Shown here: positions 57,069-61,384 of the stretch, in pieces
Position numbering within the stretch: the stretch's first letter is position 1
Layout: every line of letters starts with the position of its first letter
Source of the DNA: Pseudonocardiaceae bacterium
Lineage (GTDB): Bacteria > Actinomycetota > Actinomycetes > Mycobacteriales > Pseudonocardiaceae
Reading direction: 5' to 3'
Length of the DNA: 61,384 bases
Assembly: GCA_035997545.1 (NCBI GenBank)
Contig: DASYIL010000285.1
Coordinates: 1-61,384, forward strand
Notes under the pieces: model-generated
Databases searched by the model: none
Told to the model about the DNA's origin: nothing
What the model saw: the letters and a program-made list of their open reading frames with translations, nothing else
Translations under genes and position numbers: made by a program

Positions 57069-58397
57069 TCAGCGGGCTCCCACGATGCGGTACTGGATGG
57101 CGGCTTCGTCGATCTTGTTCTGCGGGTTGAACGTCAGGATTCCGTAGGAGCCGACTGCGCGCTCGCCAGCGGCAGTGAAGTCCAGCGTGCCGGTGACACC
57201 GTCGTAGTCGGGATTACCTCCGCTGTCGATGATGTCCCGGCACTGCCGGAAGCTGGTGCACTTCTCGCCGTCCTTGGTGATCCCGTTGATCTCCGAGGCG
57301 ATGTCCACCCCCTTGGTCGACTTCGCCTGCTCGGCGGCCAGCGCGATGAGCACGACAGCGTCGTAGGCCTCACCGGCGTAGGGAAAATTTTCCAGGTTGG
57401 GATTGTCGACCTTCAGGCGCCGCTGGAAATCGGCCGACAGTTTGGTCCGCGGGGAGCTGCCCTTCATGCCGTTGAGCAGCCCCGGCGGCAGACCATTGCC
57501 CAGCGCGCTATCCATGTTGCCATCGGTGCCGTAGACCAGCTTCTGAGCGGGCCCGATCTGCACCTCGCTCATCCGGGCGATAATCTTTTTCGATTCGTCG
57601 AAGCCGATCACCGCGATCGCGTTCGGGTTGAACTGCCGGACGTCGTCGATCTCGGTGTTGTAGGATGTCGCGTTCGGATCGTAGATGATCTTTTGGATCT
57701 GGTTCTGCGGGATGCCGGCGTCACGCAGGTTCTTCACGGTGTTGTCGGCCAGGCCGCTGCCGTAGGGGTCGTTGCGAGCCAGAATGGAGATCCGCTGCGC
57801 ACCATCGGCAGCCATCAGCGCTGCCAGGGCCTGGGCCTGCAGCACGTCCGGCGGAGCGGTCCGAAAGTACAGTCCCTTGTCGGGCCAGCAGGTGAACTCG
57901 TCGGAGGTGTTGGCGGGCGAGAACTCGACCACACCAGCTCCGGTGATCTTGTCGATGACCAGCTTGGTCACACCGGAGGCGGCGGCACCGACAATCGCTT
58001 GGGCGCCCTGGCCGAGTTCGCGGTCCACGGTCTGGTTCGCCGTGTCGGTCCTGTCATCACCGGAGTCACCCCTGATGACGGTAACCGGATTGCCCAGCAC
58101 CCCGCCAGCCGCGTTGATCTCCTTAGTCGCCACGTCGACCGCGGCGATCTCGGGCGGGCCCAGAATGGCCAGGCTTCCGGTCTCGGGCAACAACGTGCCG
58201 ATCTTCAGCGGCGCGGCACTCGGCTGCCCGCTCGCTTTGGCCTGCTCGGGTGCTTCACACTTCTTCGCCGACGGGCTGCCGCCGGCCGGCCCTTGAGCTC
58301 CAGGAGCGGCGGTGTTGCCACCACCGCCGCAACCGGCCATGACGACCGACAGGGCGCCAAGCAGTGCTGCCACGCGGAGCGCGGTGCGCTGGGCCAT
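57069..58397 (-). CDS. branched-chain amino acid ABC substrate-binding lipoprotein (LivK/LivJ-type)
   Basis: Lipobox ...LSVVMAGCGGG..., then ...LKIGTLLPETGSLAILGPPEIAAVDVATKEINAAGGVLG... The ATG at 58397 is preceded by GAGGAG. Confidence 0.88.
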   Translation of the reverse strand: MAQRTALRVAALLGALSVVMAGCGGGGNTAAPGAQGPAGGSPSAKKCEAPEQAKASGQPSAAPLKIGTLLPETGSLAILGPPEIAAVDVATKEINAAGGVLGNPVTVIRGDSGDDRTDTANQTVDRELGQGAQAIVGAAASGVTKLVIDKITGAGVVEFSPANTSDEFTCWPDKGLYFRTAPPDVLQAQALAALMAADGAQRISILARNDPYGSGLADNTVKNLRDAGIPQNQIQKIIYDPNATSYNTEIDDVRQFNPNAIAVIGFDESKKIIARMSEVQIGPAQKLVYGTDGNMDSALGNGLPPGLLNGMKGSSPRTKLSADFQRRLKVDNPNLENFPYAGEAYDAVVLIALAAEQAKSTKGVDIASEINGITKDGEKCTSFRQCRDIIDSGGNPDYDGVTGTLDFTAAGERAVGSYGILTFNPQNKIDEAAIQYRIVGAR

Positions 58398-58554
58398 GCA
58401 TGTCTCCTCAGAACAGACGGTGCTGCGGGGGCGCCGGCGTCGGCGTCCCGCAATGCGGTCGTCAGACCGTAATCCTGCCGATGGCGCGGCGGGCACGATC
58501 GGTCGCCTGTCGTGACGAAGATGTGATCCTGCGCCTGACGGCGAGCTGCACTCG

Positions 58555-58601
58555 GCAGTAACCTAAAGCAGTAACCAAAGTTACGCAGTGACCATGTAAC
58601 C
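58555..58601. repeat. cluster of GCAGTRACC / GTAAC motifs just downstream of pdtaR
   Basis: GCAGTAACC at 58555-58563 and 58568-58576, GCAGTGACC at 58585-58593, GTAACC at 58596-58601. The local GC is low. Confidence 0.7.
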
Positions 58602-58606
58602 CAGGA

Positions 58607-59230
58607 TCAGGACAGGCTCTCCATGACTGCCTGAGCCACCGCCTTCATGGTGGTCCGGCGATCCATCGCATTGCGCTGGATCCAACGGAACGCCTCGGGT
58701 TCGCTGAGTCCATGCCGGGCCATCAGCAGGCCCTTGGCGCGCTCCACCGCTTTGCGGGTCTCCAACCGGTCGGTCAGGCCCGCTACCTCGTTCTCCAGGG
58801 CGATCAGCTCACGAAAGCGAGACACGGCCAGCTCCACCGCAGGCACCAAGTCCTTGCGGCCGAACGGCTTCACCAGGTAGGCCATAGCACCGGCATCGCG
58901 GGCCCGTTCCACCAGCTCACGCTGGCTGAACGCAGTGAGGATCACCACCGGCGCGATACGCCGCTCAGCGATGATCGACGCCGCGTCGATACCGTCCATC
59001 TTCGGCATCTTCACGTCCATGATCACCAGATCGGGCCGCAGCCGCTCGGCCTGCTCGACGGCCTGCTGCCCGTCAGCCGCCTCGCCGACCACGGCGTAAC
59101 CCTCCTCAGCGAGCATCTCGACGAGGTCCAGACGGATCAGCGCCTCATCCTCGGCGACGAGCACGCGACGTGCAGTCGCAGTCCGATCCGGCTCGGCGGG
59201 CATCGCGCTCGCGTCAGCTTGCTGAGTCAC
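58607..59230 (-). CDS. pdtaR: ANTAR-domain response regulator (PdtaR-like)
   Basis: The receiver domain (...RVLVAEDEALIRLDLVEML...DLVIMDVKMPKMDG...) is followed by an ANTAR domain (...RKAVERAKGLLMARHGLSEPEAFRWIQRNAMDRR...). The GTG at 59230 is preceded by AAGGGAGG. Confidence 0.9.
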   Translation of the reverse strand: MTQQADASAMPAEPDRTATARRVLVAEDEALIRLDLVEMLAEEGYAVVGEAADGQQAVEQAERLRPDLVIMDVKMPKMDGIDAASIIAERRIAPVVILTAFSQRELVERARDAGAMAYLVKPFGRKDLVPAVELAVSRFRELIALENEVAGLTDRLETRKAVERAKGLLMARHGLSEPEAFRWIQRNAMDRRTTMKAVAQAVMESLS

Positions 59231-59338
59231 CGGCGACCTCCCTTCGTCCGGCCACGCCCCAGCCTGCCACGATAGCGGCCCAGGATCGGAGTCGGGAGCA
59301 TGTCCAACCACCCCGTACAGTGATCCCGCCGACAATCC

Positions 59339-59412
59339 GCCCCCGTAGCCCAACCGGCAGAGGCAACGGACTCAAAACCCGTCCAGTGTGGGTTCGACTC
59401 CCACCGGGGGCA
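59339..59412 (+). tRNA. tRNA-like gene, anticodon CAA (Leu) by position, atypical (no long variable arm)
   Basis: Perfect 7-bp acceptor stem GCCCCCG/CGGGGGC with A73. Leu-like D arm: 3-bp stem GCC/GGC and an 11-nt loop CAACCGGCAGA. Anticodon stem ACGGA/CCCGT (one A.C mismatch) with loop CTCAAAA. The variable region is only 5 nt (CCAGT). T arm GTGGG-TTCGACT-CCCAC. No encoded CCA. Confidence 0.6.
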
Positions 59413-59420
59413 CGTACAGC

Positions 59421-59469
59421 ATCTACACAAGCAGCGCCTGCCGTCTGAGCAGGCGTTTCTTGTGTAGAT
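59421..59469 (+). terminator. nested hairpin with T-tract immediately after the tRNA-like gene
   Basis: Outer stem ATCTACACAAG (59421-59431) / CTTGTGTAGAT (59459-59469). Inner stem CGCCTGC (59435-59441) / GCAGGCG (59449-59455) with a 7-nt loop, followed by TTTCTTGT. Confidence 0.6.
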
Positions 59470-61336
59470 GACATGAGTTCGGTGATCCTTTCCGCTGCGT
59501 GGGCTATGTCGGGTAGTTGGTCGGCGGGCAGGCGGATGGTGATGGTCAAGCGGTCGCCCTCGTCGTGCGAGCGGACGGCGAGTTGGCTGATCTCGAACAG
59601 TTTCCGCAGTAGCGCCTCGGGCGCGTCGGCCAGGTTGAGCGCCAGGTAAGGCAGCGCGTCCAGCAATGCGGTGTCCTCGATGCCGGGTCGGCCCGGTTCG
59701 GCCTCGTCGGCGGCGTCGAGTCCAGCGATGGCCGCCAGCGTGGCGGTCTTCTCGGCGTCCAGGTCGTTATAGCTGCCGCGTAGGGCTGTGGTGAACGGGT
59801 CGTCGGGGTCGCCGTCCTGGGCTTGCCGCATGATCGAGTTCTGCCGTCGAGCGATGTCGGCCAGCGTCCGTTGGAGGCGTTGCCGGCCGGTCTGCCGCTC
59901 GCGGGTGGCGCGGTCGTCGACTCCCGCGAGGTCGGCGGCCAGGATCGCACGGCGCTCAGTGCCGAACACCCGGTCGGCGAAGAACCTCGCTACCGCGTCG
60001 AGGATGGCGTCTTCGCGCACGTAGACGGCCTTGGGGTGGCCCGTGTACTTGTCCGGCCGACCCCGGTTGTTGTTGCGGGGCCAGCACAGGTAGTAGGCGC
60101 GCGTTTGGCGATGGGTGCCGAACATCCGCCGTCCGCACGCGCAGAACACCATGCCCCGCAACACATACGTACGCCGCGTCTCAGGGTGCGCGTTGGCGGC
60201 GTTGCCGTCGCGGGAGCCACGCTTGGTCGCCCGGCGGGCGTTGAGTTCGTCGTACATCCACTTCGGGATCAGCGGCTCGTGCGCGGGCTCGGTGGACCAC
60301 ACCCACTTCACCGGGTCGTTGACCTTCCCATGCCGAGATCGGGACGCACGCCGGTTGAACACCTGGAACCCGGTGTACTTGGGGTTCTTCAAGATCTCGT
60401 AGACGCTGGTCTTGCCCCACGCCCCGCGTGCTCTCGTCTTGCCGGGCGGTTCGGGTGGCGGGTACTTGGTCGGGTCGGTGTTGAGCGGTCGGCGATGGTG
60501 TCGTAGCCCAGGCCCTCGTGGTAGCGCCACAACGCGATCTGCGTGACCGTCTCCGCGCGCACCCCGTCGGGTTCCAGCCGGGTCTTGACCTGCCCTTTCG
60601 CGGCCTTGGCGGGGTTGGTGTGCCGGAACGTCTTGGCCTTGTACCCGTAGCAGGGTTTGCCGATGTTCCAACCCTCACGCACATGCGTGCACAGCCCTCC
60701 CCAGGATTGTTCGAGGGTGTTGAGGACTTCGTACTCGGCCACGGACTGGTTGATCCGCCGCTGCAAGATCCGCTGCGCCCGGCTGCCGCTGACGGTGATC
60801 GGCTCGTTCGAGGCGAACAGCGGCACCTCGGCGCGTTCCAACGCCCGCTCCACCGACAGGCCCTCGAACGCGCGGCGGGCGACGCGGGAGATGCTCTCGC
60901 AGATCACCACATCGAATCGACGACCGGGATGGGCCGCCTCGTCGAGCAGGTCGGTGATGCCCCCGTCGCGGGCGATGGGGATGTCGAACCGCTCATAGTT
61001 CGAGCCCTGGCCGCGCGCGTCGAGGTCCATCCGTCCGGACTCGACGTCGTAGAAGTGCGCGACGATCACCCACGACTCGGGGATCGCGGTCTTGCAGTTC
61101 CCCAACTGCCGCACCAGCGATTGACGCGGGTCCTGCTGGTCCTCCGTGGACGTGCGGCCGAGGAACGCCACCCGCACCTCGTCAGCCAGCAGCGCGGTGG
61201 GCATCCCCAACGGCGACACCGCGTAGTCCGACAGGCCGGACGGCCCGGACACCTGGACGGTCGCCGACAGAGACGCGGCCCTCCGGGTCAAGGCTGGTGC
61301 CGGTGGGTTGACGGTCACCTCGTCGGGTGTGGTCAT
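59440..61336 (-). pseudogene. large serine recombinase, frameshifted and lacking a proper stop (edge of a probable mobile element)
   Basis: The N-terminal ORF (60389..61336) has the resolvase catalytic region VAFLGRTSTEDQ and the recombinase domain. Its continuation (...LNTDPTKYPPPEPPGKTRARGAWGKTSVYEILKNPKYTGFQVFNRR...CACGRRMFG...) is in another frame. The junction at about 60484/60485 is consistent with a 1-nt deletion. The 3' frame runs through the hairpin and the tRNA with no stop until 59214. Confidence 0.75.
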
Positions 61337-61384
61337 GCCGCTTCACCGTCCTGTGTGGAGTCAAGCTGGTTCTGGACTTGTTGG

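Noticed and set aside
58398-58606. Search for an ANTAR target (two tandem hairpins with A..G hexaloops) in the leader next to pdtaR.
   Set aside because: Only short tetraloop stems (CGCC-GTCA-GGCG, CGGTC-TGAC-GACCG) were found. No dual hexaloop arrangement could be folded by eye. This needs a covariance-model search before any claim.
59214-59439. 3' extension of the recombinase ORF across the tRNA-like gene and into the pdtaR start.
   Set aside because: The translation of the tRNA antisense strand and the terminator hairpin is not credible coding sequence. It is interpreted as read-through caused by loss of the native stop.

Overview
High-GC actinobacterial chromosome segment, with no CRISPR array or rRNA gene inside the window. 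Gene order resembles the mycobacterial polA-rpsA-coaE-uvrB ... uvrA-infC-rpmI-rplT-pheST-argCJBDFRGH region. It is mostly housekeeping genes on the minus strand, interrupted by small accessory blocks.

Left to right:
- The window opens in the 5' leader of an rRNA operon; the 16S gene would lie left of position 1 on the minus strand.
- mpg, then a tightly coupled arginine operon (argC-J-B-D-F-R-G-H, with ATGA/GTGA/TGATG junctions).
- pheST, a TrmH-family methyltransferase, rplT-rpmI-infC (infC appears to start at ATC), and uvrA.
- Accessory patch 1 (about 19.6-37 kb): a frameshifted DUF2231 gene carrying a 16-nt tandem repeat, a lower-GC papain-like cysteine peptidase gene, a FolP2-like DHPS paralogue, an MFS/MaoC/CoA-transferase operon, a large beta-helix-repeat membrane protein, TerC with a candidate Mn riboswitch, an S15 hydrolase::ABC-ATPase fusion with an ABC-2 permease, glpQ, and an XRE/DUF397 pair.
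- An arsenic island (arsR-MIP channel-arsC, divergent arsM), then FIST, HAD and PadR genes.
- uvrB, DUF402, coaE, rpsA, a methyltransferase, polA, a thioesterase, a Liv-type ABC system and pdtaR.
- At the right edge, an atypical tRNA-like gene abuts a frameshifted large serine recombinase, which is the likely edge of a mobile element.

I found no clear multi-gene novel system. The most notable sequence-level observations are:
- A PafBC-type RecA-NDp promoter motif sits upstream of uvrA, uvrB and polA.
- The TerC leader looks like a yybP-ykoY riboswitch.
- There are two unusual fusion architectures (S15 peptidase::ABC ATPase, and CarboxypepD_reg::LivH).
- There is an uncharacterised repeat/membrane protein.
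- The tRNA/recombinase junction is anomalous.
- Short tandem duplications of 11, 15 and 16 nt recur across the window.

All calls come from reading the sequence and ORF translations. No database search was run.
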